Assembly: GCF_000143415.4 (NCBI RefSeq)
Contig: NW_003314279.1
Span: 620,130-684,129, forward strand
Length of the DNA: 64,000 nucleotides
Origin: Selaginella moellendorffii
Taxonomy: Eukaryota > Plantae > Lycopodiophyta
Direction of reading: 5' to 3'
The notes under the pieces were generated by a model. That model was not told the origin of the DNA. It saw only the letters and a program-made list of their open reading frames with translations, and did not search any database. The position numbers were made by a program, and so were the translations under genes. Below, piece by piece: positions 34,249 through 47,392 of the stretch (the stretch's first letter is position 1; every line of letters begins with the position of its first letter).

Positions 34249-34647
34249 TTAGATCCTAGGCCTCCACCCTAGATCTTTTTCCTTGGGCATTTGTAGTACC
34301 ACAAGGTTTCTACCTTGTCCATGCAGGGCTACCACAAACTGATTGAACCAATCCATTCCGAAGATCACGTCAAATCCCACCATATCCAACACGGTGAAAT
34401 CCATGTCCACCTTCCAAGTCCCCACTTTGACTCTCGCTTGTCGAAGTACCTCATCGGTGCTTTGGCTACCTTGAACAAACTCTATAGTCCTTGGTTCGCC
34501 TAGCCGCTGCACTGTTAGTCCGGCTTGCCGGACTATGTCTGCAGCCACAAAATTATCTGAAGCACCCGTGTCAATAAGGATCTTAACAAAGGTACCTCTA
34601 AGCTTCCCTCGGAGGGCTAGTAGATGTCGCAAATGACTCTCTACCAA
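34249..34647 (-). pseudogene. Retrotransposon aspartic protease
   Basis: ILIDTGASDNFV...FDVIFGMDW. Confidence 0.9.
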
Positions 34648-34739
34648 AGTTGCTCGTGTAATGAGTAACTTTGAGTTAGGGACTGGATCACATACCTCAG
34701 TTTAGACTTCACCCGACTTGATGGCTATATTGGCTCTGG

Positions 34740-35895
34740 CCTTCTTCGGGTAGGGACATTCCCTCAAAAAGTGTCCCGCTTCACTGTAGTTGTAGCATAC
34801 GTTGTTTCCCACGCTGCTATACGACTTGACCTTTTTATCCGTGGGTTTGTCTCTTTTCGCTTGACTCCCCCACGTACTCGCTCGCTGGCCACCGGATTTG
34901 CCTTTCCGGAACCCCGAGGACTCATTCTTAGAGAAACTCTTCTTGAATTTCCCTCAGCTATACGTTCCCCTTGGTTTGGCCCCTTTGCTAAACGTGGACC
35001 CCAACCCTGTTGTGTTTCCCTTTCACAGGTTATCGTTGAAATGCACCTTGATGGCTGCATCCAACGCTTCCTTGTAGTTGGTCGGGTTCCACCGCATCAC
35101 CTCACCGCGAGCCCAGGTTTGCAAACCTAATATGAAGGCATGGAACGCATCCATATCCCCCATGTCCGTGACAAGTATCCTCTTTGCCATAAACCCATTC
35201 ACATACTCCTGAATGGTTCCGGTCTGCTTCAGCCTACTCAGCTCGTCTCTTAGATGCAGAGTAGCATTCGGAGGAACGTAAGTCGTGCGGATCCTCGCCT
35301 TCATCATTTCCCAAGTGGCCACCGGTCCTTCATTGGCCTCTATCGTTCTCCACCAAGACTTGGCATTATCTGCCAAGTATGGTTTTGCACATGGGACCTT
35401 CTCCGAGCTTGGTAACCGCAACGCTCGGAAGTAATCCTCCATATCATAAAACCAATCCTCCACCATCTTATAGTCATTCACTCCCTTAAAGACTGGTGGG
35501 GGCTTTGGTTTGTACTTGGGAACTGCCTGAGGGACTGATTCCACTTCGGTCTGTTCGACCTTGTTTGGTTCTGCCTCAGTCCCTACCGAAGGGTCCGCAC
35601 CCTCTGTGCTACTAGCATCTGCAGTCTTTTGCTTTTTCTTCCGCTTCTCGTCACGCTTTAGCTTGCGTACGAGAGTCTCCAGTAGGGTGTTGGTCTGCGC
35701 CAATTGTCCTTCTAGAACGTCCAATCGAGCCTTGGACGACCGAACCTCGCCACCGGACTCCTGTTTGGAAGTTTCCTCACTGGAGTCCTCCTCATGCATG
35801 GATTCCTCATCCATAGCCTCTTGTTCGACCAGAGGCTCCAACTCTGGCGGAGGTTCCGTCTCCGCCTGGGTTCGCTTACGCCCTGCCTTTACCAT
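34740..35895 (-). pseudogene. Retrotransposon gag (frameshifted; zinc knuckle damaged)
   Basis: 290-aa ORF with PPVFKG..VEDWFYDMEDYF, AKSWW, LSRLKQTGTIQEY; downstream CYNYSEAGHFLREC (CCHC with C>Y). Confidence 0.9.
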
Positions 35896-35954
35896 CTCCC
35901 AGCAATCTGCCTCTATCCTTCGCTAGAACTGAGGAAAAGGCTCCGATACCAAAT

Positions 35955-37105
35955 TGTAAGCCACAAATTTTTCCTTTCTAATTTGAAAGCTTACCTCATC
36001 TATCCAACCAACACTGCCTTGGCTTGTGCTAAGTTCCCTCGCCAAAGTTCTCGCCTATTGTACCAGCTCCTACTTGGTCCTACTTGGTTTCAGCTACTCA
36101 CTGCACGAGCAATGGAGCGTTAGCCTTCCATCCACGGATTCCCAAATCTCTCCCAATCCCCCTCCCCAGGTTAAACTGAACTTAAGGTTCGGCTACACTC
36201 CCCAAGGCACAAGCAGCCAAGCACACCAAGCCTCCAGGTTTCTAACACCCCTTGGTACAACAAGACTTGATCATGGGACCTTATAATCCCAAGCCTTGGA
36301 TGCAACACTTGCTTTGGGACATCGGGGCGAAACACCGTGGCCTAATGGCCCGATATGGGTACCTCTACCCCCCAACTTCCATCCCGAAGGGAAGGCCCAA
36401 GCCCCTAGGAAGGGCGAGGACTAATGAGCCACAAGGTACTCAAGTGGGGCACCACTCCACATGAGCTAGGAGCACCGGAGTCGGTTTCCCTTTCGGGAGT
36501 GGGAGCTGCTCTTGAGCACTTCCCTGGGTGGCCCCTTCGGCACCACCCAAGCCCATGCTCACTCCCACCCAAGGCCCCTCAGCCCCAGTCTGAACCTCAA
36601 GTCAGTTTGGAAGCACCACTGGAGAGTTCTTTCAAGACTGGTTCCTAGACCTCACTATCCCTACTATACTTTTGGAACCCCCCGCAGCCCCCCCCCCCCC
36701 CCCCCCTTGGGAGATGCACGCTTTGGGCTTTCACCCCTTGACCCGTATTAGTATTTGGACTTAGTCTCAGATTCGATCTCGGACTCGATCTCGGACCCGA
36801 CTTCGGATTTGGTCTCGGACTCGATCTCGGACTCGATCTCGGACCCGATCTCAGACTCGACTTTGGACTCGACCTCGGACTCAGTCTCGGACCCGATTTG
36901 GATCTCAGACTCCGTCTCGAACTCGGTCTCAATCTCGGTCTCCGATTCGGCCTCGGCTCGATCCCGACTCTATCTCGAACTCGGTCTCAGAGTCGGTCTT
37001 GGACTTGATCTTCAACTCGGTCCCATCCGATGAACTTTTTGTCATTTCGGTCAAGCTTTCGGGGATCCTTTAACCTACGACATCTCGGGGAGTCGGTTCC
37101 TTACA
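35955..37105 (-). repeat. 5' LTR (1151 bp) with internal hexamer array (~36755-37025)
   Basis: Pairs with 31805-32950; adjacent to the PBS. Confidence 0.96.
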
Positions 37106-38284
37106 GTCCGCTATTAGGCATGTGATGAAGTTAGTCACACTTATCGGCATTATCAACATTTTCCAGATTGACAACCTCTATTTCTTGGGTGGAGACTTTA
37201 GTGTCAATAACATCCTGTTGGTGTTATTGTAGTGGAAAGTCTAGACACTAAGATGCTTATAGGAAACAAGGAGTTGTGTGAATAGTGGAGGGTTCTTGCA
37301 TGAATAAGTTAATGACCCTTCCATATTTCATTTGGGAGTATCATCAAGGGGTTCACTCAGCACCAGTTCATCTAGTGTTTATTTTTCAAGTTTATTTTAT
37401 AACAAGAGATCTCCTTTTATTCTTTTTGTGTTAGTTGGTATAGGCTTGAGTTTATCTTCTATTGCTCGGCATGTTTCCACATGTTGCCGTCTATATTTGC
37501 GTTGTGTTGCAGAGCTAATTTTCATTATTTATAGTAATGACTGTACACATGCATATGCACGGGATGAGGCAGACCTAATTGTGTGTGTAGGCGATCTCGA
37601 GCTTAAGTTGCAGTTGTTATGGGTGGTGCTGAGTCAAGCTTTTGACCTCATTCTTGGTATGAATTGGTTGCAATGCAATCATGCCAAATGTGACTTTGAG
37701 GTTTCTCTCCCTTGTTTTATACTTCTTTAGATTTTTTCATTCCTCTTATTTTTATTCCTTTTTGTCCCTTTATGTTTACTTCTACTTCCATCATATTTGA
37801 CTCCCTATTACTTCCTTTTTTGTTTCTGTCTTATTCCTTTATTCCCTCTTCCGATCCCTTTGACGATTTTTGTGTTGTAGTGGTTGACCAATTTATAAGT
37901 ATGTTGACCTCTTTGAATTTGACCTGTCATCTAAGGCCAAGATTGCAATATATTATCCCATTCCAATTGGGGATGCTTGTCCAATCTATGTTTCTATTCA
38001 TCGTCGGTTACCAAAAGAAATCAAAATTGAAGAAGCTTGATAGGAGTATTCATTTCTGCATTGACTATCATTTGTTAAATGAAGTGATGATTTTGGATGT
38101 GTACCTTCTCCCTCATACTACTGATCTTATAGATTGTCTAGGGAGAAGTCATTGGTTCACCAAGTTAGATCTTGCTTTTGGGTATTAGCAAGTGCCAATA
38201 GCTGAAAAAGATATTTCTAAGATTGTTTTTCGTACATTATGTGGTTTGTACAAGTTCTTGGTGATGCCATTTGGTTTGAATAAT

Positions 38285-38479
38285 TGTAAGATCCTGAATT
38301 TAAACTTTCTGGGAGGTCACCCAACCCAATATTATTCAAACCCAAGAACGCTTAACCCCAAATATCCCAAGACCCTTAACCGATTGGAAGGGGGGGTGCA
38401 CTTTTATTCATGTGCCCTTTCCCTTTATATTTAAACCCCTATGGATTGTCTCTCGAGTCATTCCTTTTGGTTGCTTACA
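38285..38479 (-). mobile_element. Cassandra-like TRIM solo LTR carrying a 5S rRNA internal promoter segment
   Basis: 195 bp, TGTAAG...CTTACA ends, flanked by ATAAT/ACAAT, interrupts RT right after MPFGL.N; minus strand GTTAAGCGTTCTTGGGTTTGAATAATATTGGGTTGGGTGACCTCCCAGAAAGT resembles plant 5S GTTAAGCGTGCTTGGGCGAGAGTAGTACTAGGATGGGTGACCTCCTGGGAAGT. Confidence 0.85.
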
Positions 38480-41400
38480 ACAATATATTAGTCACTTTCC
38501 AATGAATGATGAACGAAGTTCTTTGTGATATGTCGGAAGTGACTACTGACTTTATCAATAATGTTTTAATCCACTTAGAGGGGACATTGGAGGAACACAT
38601 TTGTGATGTTTGTAAGGTGTTAGATCAACTACGGGAAGTCAATTTAAAGCTTAAACAGTCAAAGTGCATATTTAAGTCCAAGGGCATGACCTATCTTGGG
38701 TACTATATTTCACATAAAAATTTGCAAGTTGATCTTGACAAACTTGTGACTATTTTAAATTTTTTTACTCCAAAGTGTGTGAATGATGTGTAGCACTTCT
38801 TAAGCAAGGTGCAATATCTTAGTTGTTTTATTGATTATTTTTTTTATTGCACTACACCATTGCAAATGTTGCTGAAGTCATCAACATCATCTTTCATATA
38901 ATCTATGGACTGTGAGTAGATGTTTACGGATCTCAAAGAACTATTGACAACTCCTCCAGTTTTGGCATATCCTAATTACACTTGGCCTTTCACTTTGCAC
39001 GTGGATGTTTTTTATATCAGTTTTGGAATTGTGTTGATGCAAGAGAGCTCAAGTGTGCTTAATCAGTGCCATCCCGTTGCATATATCAGCCATACATTAC
39101 AACCAGTGGAGATGAACTACTCCATAATAGAGAAGGAGTGTTTAATATTTATTTGGGGTTTTGAGAAACTTTATATATATCCACATGGTTCTCAAACATT
39201 ATTAAAGGTGATTATGTTGTAGTTACTTCGTTATTAAAGCAAAAGAACTTCGTTGGTCGTATTTCTTAGTGGCCTTTAAAGTTTTAGATATATGATTTTG
39301 ATGTTGTTTATCACTTAGGGAGTTCTATGGTTGATGCTGATGCCCTTTCTCAAGCTCTTCTTCTTTCTTAACTCTCTTTTTATGGTTTTGACAAGTTTGT
39401 TATTCTAGTATTTATGGAGTTTTTGGATGAGGATTTTGTGCTGTCGGCAACTGTTGTATGTGATGTTTAATATCCATAAAGTGTAAAGAAAAATTTACTT
39501 TCCCTTAATGAAGTTTGTGAAGTTCAAAAGATTGAGCCATGGATTCAAAAGTTTCGTGATGGGTTTAAGAATCTTTCATCACTTGTTGATGACTTGCCAT
39601 TTTAACATTTACATTCTCAATATCACCTTGAGGATGGTCTTCTTTATTTTGTTGGGACGAATTCTGATGATCATTTATGATTGATGGTGATTTCAATTTT
39701 TATTCTATGCTTTCTTTATATTTACTATGATTCTCCTATTCTAAGTGGCTATATGGGACATTGTCGTGTGATCAAGAAGTTGGGCAAATCTTTCTATTGA
39801 TCGGAGATGCAAGATGATGTTATCCGGTATGTGCATAATTGTGTTTGGTGCCAAGCTCGTAATACTCCTCTTTATACTATGAAAGGACAGTTAAAGTTAA
39901 TTACAATTTCCCATCCGTTTGAATTGGTGGTGTTTGATCTAATAAGGCATTTTCCATGGTTGACTACTGACAATAAGTATGTCATTATTGTTTCTGATTA
40001 CTTAACTTGCTAGATGGAAGTCAGTTATAAGCTATTATAAATTAAACATTATAAGAAAAAAATTATTAAATTTAAACTAATAAACTAATTTATAAAATTT
40101 TAAATAACTTTATTTTTTTTTTAGATTCATATATCATCTCTACTCTTATAAAGGATTGTGCATAAAGCATTTAAATTGAAAACTATTTTATTTTTGTGAA
40201 TTTGAATATATATATTTTATGATAATAAATATATTTATTACTTTAAAAATATTTTTACTTAATATTCTTTTATATGGGTTCTATAAGAGTGATTAATTAA
40301 TTTATAATTTATTAAATCTTTATATAGATATTTATACAAAACCTCTTTTTTGATGAGAAAACTTCAAAATCTTAAAATAATTAAAATGTATATATTTAGT
40401 ACAAGTACATAAATTACTGTAATTTAATAAATACTAGCAGGGATCCCAGCTCCGCTGGGAGAAGTAGAGAATGTTTTCAAACTGAAAAATAAAATTTAGC
40501 AGGCTTTTTTGGTTGTCCTTATGTTTTGAGTTTAAAAACGTTCTTTACTTCTCTCACTTGACTGGATATTTGATTGATATAGGTTTTTAGACGGTTTGGG
40601 ACTCAGATGTCCTTTGCTGTTAAAAGATGAAAAACACTGTGTTTACAGAACTCGAGCTTTTAGAAATAAAAAGAGAATTCATAGCATAACAAGGACCCAA
40701 CAATGAGGTATAAGTCCTCAGCTTCACATTGAATCTTTAGTGTAGCATAGCGTGTTTATTCTATAGAGCGCTACTGAGGCTTAAAGCTTTGATTTCAATC
40801 TGTGTTTGCAGCTCCAATGCTACGAAAATTTAAATCCACAATGAAAATAGAATGGATTTTAGAGACTTCCTTGCCAAATTGTCTCGTTAAGTTCTGAAGT
40901 GTTGTGTAATAACTCTCAGGAATGGAGTTCTACCTAATAAAGGATGTTTGAACTCAGCAAACATGAGAAAGGCATGCAAATTGTAATTTTAGTGTAGATG
41001 ATGTTATCTGCTGATAATTCTCACAGTTGTTATTTTTTCTTTCTTTGCACCAGCAATAGACGCACTTAGATGAGTGTACTGCCAAAACACAAAGAGAAAA
41101 AGAAGAAGAAACTTGCTTAGAACTCTCAGTTGGCACGAAGAACAAAGTTCCCTACCTTCAAACTGCTGCAACAAGAGCACGGGATTTTGCCATTCCCAGT
41201 CTCGCCCTCCTCCTGTCAGGTTTTACTTTTGCCTTGGTGGGATTTTAGCGATGGTGGCATTGCTGAGTGTTCCTTGTGATGGTGGTGCTGCTGCTTATTA
41301 TTGAAAAGCTGTTTTTGGATCAGCAGCGATGAGCTGTTTCAATTCTTCTGGAAATGGGATTCGCCCAAACCAGTGCCAAATTTCTTGAGGGTGAGAATTG

Positions 41401-41638
41401 CTCATTGCCTGCTGAGCATGGGAAAGTTTCTCGAGTCAGAGTTCTCCTTGTTCAATATCTATAACAAGTTCCATGGCACAATGCTTCTAGCCGCCATGGA
41501 ATCAAGGCATGCTTGTTGTCCTTCGCTCACCACACACGTCTTATAGGTCAACTTATTCCATGTTTTTATTCTCGAAGTCTTGGTTTTGTTATAACAAATA
41601 GTTTTGTTCATATTAGGTTTCTGAGTTCATGTTGAAGA

Positions 41639-43486
41639 ATGGAGTGCACAGTGGATGGGTTGAAAAAGGTCAGAGACAACCTAGATGAGGAAATTGTGCT
41701 AAGGATTACAAAATTGGATTCCAAACCTGGTTCTGTTGCGGGAAAGATTTGTGTAACTGATGGAAATGAAGTTATGGAAGCATATGCATCCTTTCGTATG
41801 GCAAATGCCATTAGTTCTTGGGCTATCCGAGAAAAAAGCCTCATAAAACTTATTGATTATGCATTTTGTGAGATTGACAACAAACAGTAAGCTTATGTTT
41901 GTTCTTCATTTCTTTCTTTTTTTTTCCTGTTACTATTAATTCTTTGTTTTTACAGATCTTTGATAATTTCCGACGTTTTTTACATGGAGTGTGGGTCTTG
42001 GAAGCATATACCTGACAAAGCCATTGCTGTAGAGGAGTATAAAGGAGTGAGTGTAGCTTTCATTTGTTTAAGAGTTTATAAATATAAGTGTTTGTTTGTT
42101 TTTTCAGATGAAAAAACGTATGTGTGATGGAAATCAAAAGGTTCATGTTTGCATCATCAAAGTATTAACTGTGTTACATCCAATTTATTACAGGGAGAAA
42201 CTTCTATGAGGCATGGGATGAAAGAGTCCCTTATAAGAGAGATAACTAATACTTTATATGCTTGGTCTTTCCGTGGAAGAGTGACTCACAAGGAAAGGCT
42301 TATAGAATATAGTCCTGGCAAATTTGTTTTCTCGTTTGATGTTGTCGACATCGAGTCTTCAGAAATTCGTGTTGTGAGTTTTGGTGTGGTTGCAAAATCG
42401 TTACATTCAGATATTATTCAGGATAAGGTCTACATATTTTCTGGTAGTGGTGGCATACAGCCTTCAAAAAGTCAGTATACTCCTTTTAAGTCAAAATGGG
42501 AGATTTTGGCAAGTAAGAACATGGTGTACAACATTCAACCTGATGATGTAGGATTTCCAAAGATTGTTTTGGATAGGAAAACTATATTGGAAGTATCAGA
42601 GATGGAACCAGACACTTTTGTGGATGTGGTTGGTGTTGTTACATTGGTTGGACTGACAAATGTTACATGCAAGGATTCTGGGACTCTCATTAAGAGGAGG
42701 ACGTTATGTCTTGGTGATGAATCAGGAAGGAGTATTGATGTTTGTCTTTGGGACTCCAAAGCTGAAGAGGAAGGGTCAAAAATATATGAAAAGTTTGAAA
42801 GAGGAGAGAAGCAGTTCTTGTGTGTAAAAGGTGGTAAGATATCTGAATACAATGGGAGGTCAATATCTGTTATAGGAGCTTCAACAGTTTTACTTGATGT
42901 TGATCTAGAGATTGTAGCTAGTGTACGTGCATGGTATTCAGTAACATTAGATTCCACCAGTTTCATCCATGTTACTGGGTCATCAGGCTCTAATTTAGCT
43001 GTTCGTACAACAACAATATCTGAAATGATGGGACTTAATCTCAAGGTTATGGAGAGTTCAGACACTTACAGAATTACTGCTAACATCAGAGACATTCGCA
43101 TTGATAATTTTTCTTATCCAGCTTGTACAAGAGTTGTTAATGGCAGGCAATGTGGCAAAAAAGTCTCAAGTGCAGGTGAAGATGTTTGGTTTTGCATTTC
43201 ATGTGATTCAGAGATTCAGGAGGTTGACCATAAGTATGCATTGCATGTGTGTATCGAGGATAGCTCTCAGTACGTTTGGGCAATTGCATTTCAAGAGGCT
43301 GCTCGAGAATTAGTTGGTTTACCAGCACAGGACTTTGCATCTATGCGTGATGAGAATTATGACGTTTTTTCAGCACATTTGGATGCTGTGCGTTCAAAAG
43401 TTTATACTCTAAAGGTTCGTTGTAAACTTGAGAGCTACCAGGACTCCGAGAAGATGAAATTTTATATTGTTGGCTTGGATGTGTGA
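41639..43486 (+). CDS. Helitron-borne RPA70/RPA1-like ssDNA-binding protein; exons 41639-41886, 41956-42046, 42108-42140, 42194-43486
   Basis: WSFRGRVTHK..FVFSFDVVD..EIR (OB-A), FVDVVGVV..KRRTLCLGDESGRSIDVCLW (OB-B), YPAC....QCGKKV...WFCISC..WAIAFQEAARELVG (OB-C with C4 Zn); three GT-AG introns keep frame. Confidence 0.92.
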
Positions 43487-45446
43487 GGTAACTTCAATGA
43501 AATGATTCAATATTTAAGTAATTTCTGTCTTTTTTTCTTTTTTCTTTTAGATAAATAGGATTGCTATGCAAGGAGCATTAGATTTTGTAGAAAAACTTTA
43601 TGTTGATTGTAGTAATAACTTGCAGTTCCATTATAAAATAAAATTTTTAGATGTTAAGTAGGTAAACATCCAACACTGTTTATTGCTTGGACGAAGTACA
43701 GCAGGGACAGGCGATTCTAATCCTCTATCTAAGCATCTAGCTTTATTTACTGTTAGCCAGCCAGTTTAAGGCAGTGACATTGAATATTCTTTGAGATGGC
43801 AGTCACAGGCTTGCTCTCCAACGTTTTTTTAATAATTTTTTCTATGGTAGCAACAACGAAATTAATCAAATCTTTAAATGTAATACCTGGGGGGTTATAT
43901 TCTCATTCATCTAATTATATTTTGCCATCAAATTCTTTGAGTGGACAGAGGTGGCAATATTCTTTTTGGACAAAAGCTTCAGTACTAGCAGCATCATACA
44001 TTGAGCAAGAGGATGAGCAAGGACGACTTTGGCAGCATATATATATAGACAGCATTTTACAGTGTATGATTCTTGCATAACATGCACAAATATACTACAA
44101 AACTATTTTTTAATGTGATTAGTCATTTTTTTTCAAATTGTTTCACTTGAAAATCATAAGCTTTGTAATCCATATGCAGTGAACAATCTGTGTGCGGCCT
44201 TGGGCTTTGACAAACAGCAGTTCTTGAGTCATGGTGACAGCAGTGGAGTCACTTAAGAAAGAAATGACAAGGGCTGTAGGGTGTAGGGGAAAGCAGTCGA
44301 AGATCCCGCGTCTGTGTCCTGCATTCTCTCGAAGAAATCCCTCACAAGCTCGAGTTTACACACTTTCCATACATGTTAACAAGAGTTTTGCCGACTACTC
44401 AATTGGATTTCAAAAAACTCTCTGGAAACTTGTCTGTTGGCGAGAATTCCTTTACCAAGAGCGGCTAAGATGGCACAAGCATCGTTCCAAAAATAAGTGA
44501 GAAATAAATATCCAGAACATTTGTTTAAGGTGTGTATAGTTATGTTCTTTCATGCGGTAAAGGAAAACGGTAAAGGTCCTGTCACAAAAGACTGCCCTTA
44601 TGGGAAGGAGAGCTAAGCACACAGGAACGAGGATCAAAAGTGTCAAACAGGATTCATTTGATTCCTGGAACTTGGAGCTTGGAGGTAGCCAAGAACAAGA
44701 AATAGTTTGCAAGATATATGTTTCACTGCACACAACACAGACGCCTCTGTTCATTTGATTGTGAAGGACAAGGAGTTCAAAGTGGAGTGGATCTTCATCA
44801 AAGCTCCCAGGGAAGCTCCAGGGATGCATTGGCCACTGCTCGCTTTAGGTGTGGGACCAACAACATGCGTTGGAGCTTGAGCAGGCAAGGCATCACAAAA
44901 AGCCATCACAAAGCTTGTTTGTTGTCTTGAGAGCAGACATGCTATATCTGTGAAATACCAGAACCAACAGGAGAAGAGTTCTAGCTTCTCAAAGTCCAAA
45001 AACTAAACACTGTAAACAGTGCTTTTGTATAGACTAAAACAACTTTTTTTTTATCTAAAAGAACTTTATAAACCGGAATAAGTTGCTGATTAGAAGGACT
45101 TCAAGTTTCAACACGGTGCTAAGGGTTATTAAGTCTTAGGTATCAGAGTTTTTGAAATAGTAATTTTTTTGATATCTGTAAAGTCTTCAAAAAGGAGTCA
45201 ATTCAGATGTCATCTACTCATTCTGAATAGCTCAGCAATTTGAGTGTGAAGAGCACTGGCCTCAGTTTGTTCGTTTTTTTGTGAGTTACATTTTAAAAAC
45301 ATTTGGATGAGTACATAGGGTAACCACACAGTAAGAGGGATCTGTAAGAGTAGAATACAAGAAGGTACTTCTTCTATTCCTGCTCTAGGATATCTAAAAC
45401 TGAGACTTTGGTGAGAATATCATATTTTGATTTTCATGATCTTTGA

Positions 45447-47366
45447 CTACAGCATGTTCTTCTTAATGCAAATGTCGAGAAGGTCTTCCGCATCTTTGAA
45501 TGGATTGTATTCGAACGTGTCCTCAGCAAATGTAGTATCAACTTGTAAAGCAATACCTTCAAGACGTATTGGTTTCCACTGCTTGATGCCTCGTTTAGGA
45601 TGCAGGTCATTCATAGTGTTGAGGAGTTCCTGAGCCATATCTCCTCTAAATTCCTTGCAAACATCAAATGGAACACCGAATCCATAATGTAGTGCCGAGA
45701 ATACATATGGATTAATTCCGTTGGTTTTTTTGTCAAAGATTTTCTGAATTTCTTTTTTGTGTGGGAGCCGATTGTTGTAAAGCTTTCCACTAAGTCTATG
45801 AGCTGTAAGTACCGTAAGTGCTGCATGCAAAAACAAAAAACAAATATATTTATTCTACTTGAAAAAGAAAAAATTAAATTGGATCCAAGCTTACCTGGGG
45901 CTACCAGTTTCTTTTTGTTAATCTTCTTGAACTGTTTTATCTTTTCTTTATATTCTTTAATCTTTCTCGAAATTCCATCTATGTCGTCAAAGCCATAAAT
46001 AAATTCTTTTGGTGGGCATCCAAGTACATCTAGTAGTCGGGCTTGTTTGTCATTTGGAAAGAACCTGTTTCATAGTGTTACATGTGATAGTTTGTTGTGC
46101 ATTTAAAGCTAGGTATATTACTTTCCGTTTATTACGAATTCTCGATGATAAACACGCTCTGTTTTTCTCCTTTGAATATTTGCCAAAGCTTCTTTCCAGA
46201 TTTCTGCTGTTCTGGTTGCATTGCAAATTTCTGCCATTGCTTGTAATAGAACCTACATTAATCTCTAAGTCGATAGTTAGTCAAATTTGATTGTGATATC
46301 TTCTCAATAGGTACCAGGCTATCAGTAGAAGTGACTGGTCAGCATAGACCAGCAACTGTCACTATTATTTTTCTTGCCTTGTTTTATGTTTTTTTTCATT
46401 TTTTATTTGGTAAGAAACTTACAGAGTCTTTGGCTCCGCACGGTGGTTTGTCTTCTAGCAAATACCTAGATACAAATGTTAAACTGTAACCTTTTAAATA
46501 TTAAACTGTAACTGCTTTCCTGGGATAAATATCGCTTCAGTCTACTGACCAAACATTTATAAAGTCATACAAAAGATGTACATTGCATTTACTGGATGAT
46601 ATCAAACATTTGCTTCACTTTAAAACCTTTGTTTGCTTCCTTCTGACTCACTCAAAGAAATTCCAAAGAGATTGTTGGTTGCGTCATTCGAGAGCAATTG
46701 CAAGCCAGTGATGGAGTATCCAGCCCGGGTCTCTCGATTGTCTTGTGCATCAAACTTCTCCACGTGTTGCATCTCCTCAAGATTGAGCTTTGCCCCATTT
46801 TCCCTGTCAGAGGACTATCTTGAGACAGATTTTGCCCTGCATATCGCTCTGGTTGAACATCGCTGTGGAGGAGGACACGATTCACTGTTTGACACAGCCA
46901 TAGGCTTTGTAGCGTTTTGTACACATAGTGTTGTTGTATGGCAACGTAAACACATTCTTTTTGGTAATAATCATGTCTATTACATGTGTTTGTCTAGTTT
47001 TGCAGTAATTTGTCCATCTTTACATCTTAACTGGCATATGTCACCTACACTTGCTCTCTGCATGCTCAAAAATTCTTGCCATTTCATATCAGTCTTGAAT
47101 TTATAGCTTGTGTAGTTTGTATTTAGTAGTTCAAACATGAATTCACTATCTTCTTCAAATACAAAAAGTATTTTGTGACCATTTGTACATGGAAAAGAGC
47201 ACTGGATTGCTCTTTCAAACCAGTCAGATGCAGTCTTCCAAATAAACAAAAAAAAAAGAGTGAAAAAAAAAACTTATTCCAAAAAAATGTTAACAAAAGC
47301 ATCACTTACTTGTATCCAAACATTTTCACAAAAATGAAAAGGTCGCAAGATAATCTCCATATCCAT
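45447..47366 (-). pseudogene. Helitron-borne multi-exon gene of unknown function, probably damaged
   Basis: In-frame exons with canonical splice sites (MEIILRPFHFCENVWIQ|TASDWFERA...; VLLQAMAEICNA...|FFPNDKQARLLDVLG...|ALTVLTAHRLSGKL...KKNML*); apparent premature TAG near 46815. Confidence 0.5.
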
Positions 47367-47392
47367 GACTTGCCCTAAACCTAATTGCAGTT

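Larger units (their letters stand above)
31805..37105 (-). mobile_element. Non-autonomous Ty3/gypsy chromovirus (gag, PR, RT start, integrase C-terminus, chromodomain) with paired LTRs
   Basis: LTRs 31805-32950 and 35955-37105 with TGTAAG...CTTACA ends; TSD GTCCG (31800-31804 and 37106-37110); PBS TGGTATCGGAGCC (tRNA-iMet-like, 35951-35939); purine-rich GGGTGGTGGAG before the 3' LTR. Confidence 0.96.
29923..40020 (+). mobile_element. Old degenerate Ty3/gypsy LTR retrotransposon, 3' truncated, host to nested insertions
   Basis: 129-bp LTR TGTGAG...CTCACA (29923-30051) followed by TGGTGGAGATGAGAGG (tRNA-Ala-type PBS); remnants in gypsy order: PR (FDLILGMNWL ~37640), RT (FCIDY..LN, WFTKLDLAFGY, FLVMPFGL), RH (PVLAYPNY, EMNYSIIEKECL), IN (DVIRYVHNCVWCQ, PFELVVFD); many stops and frameshifts. 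Confidence 0.85.

Noticed and set aside
38303-38356. 5S rRNA gene
   Set aside because: Only the internal promoter part is present, inside LTR termini.
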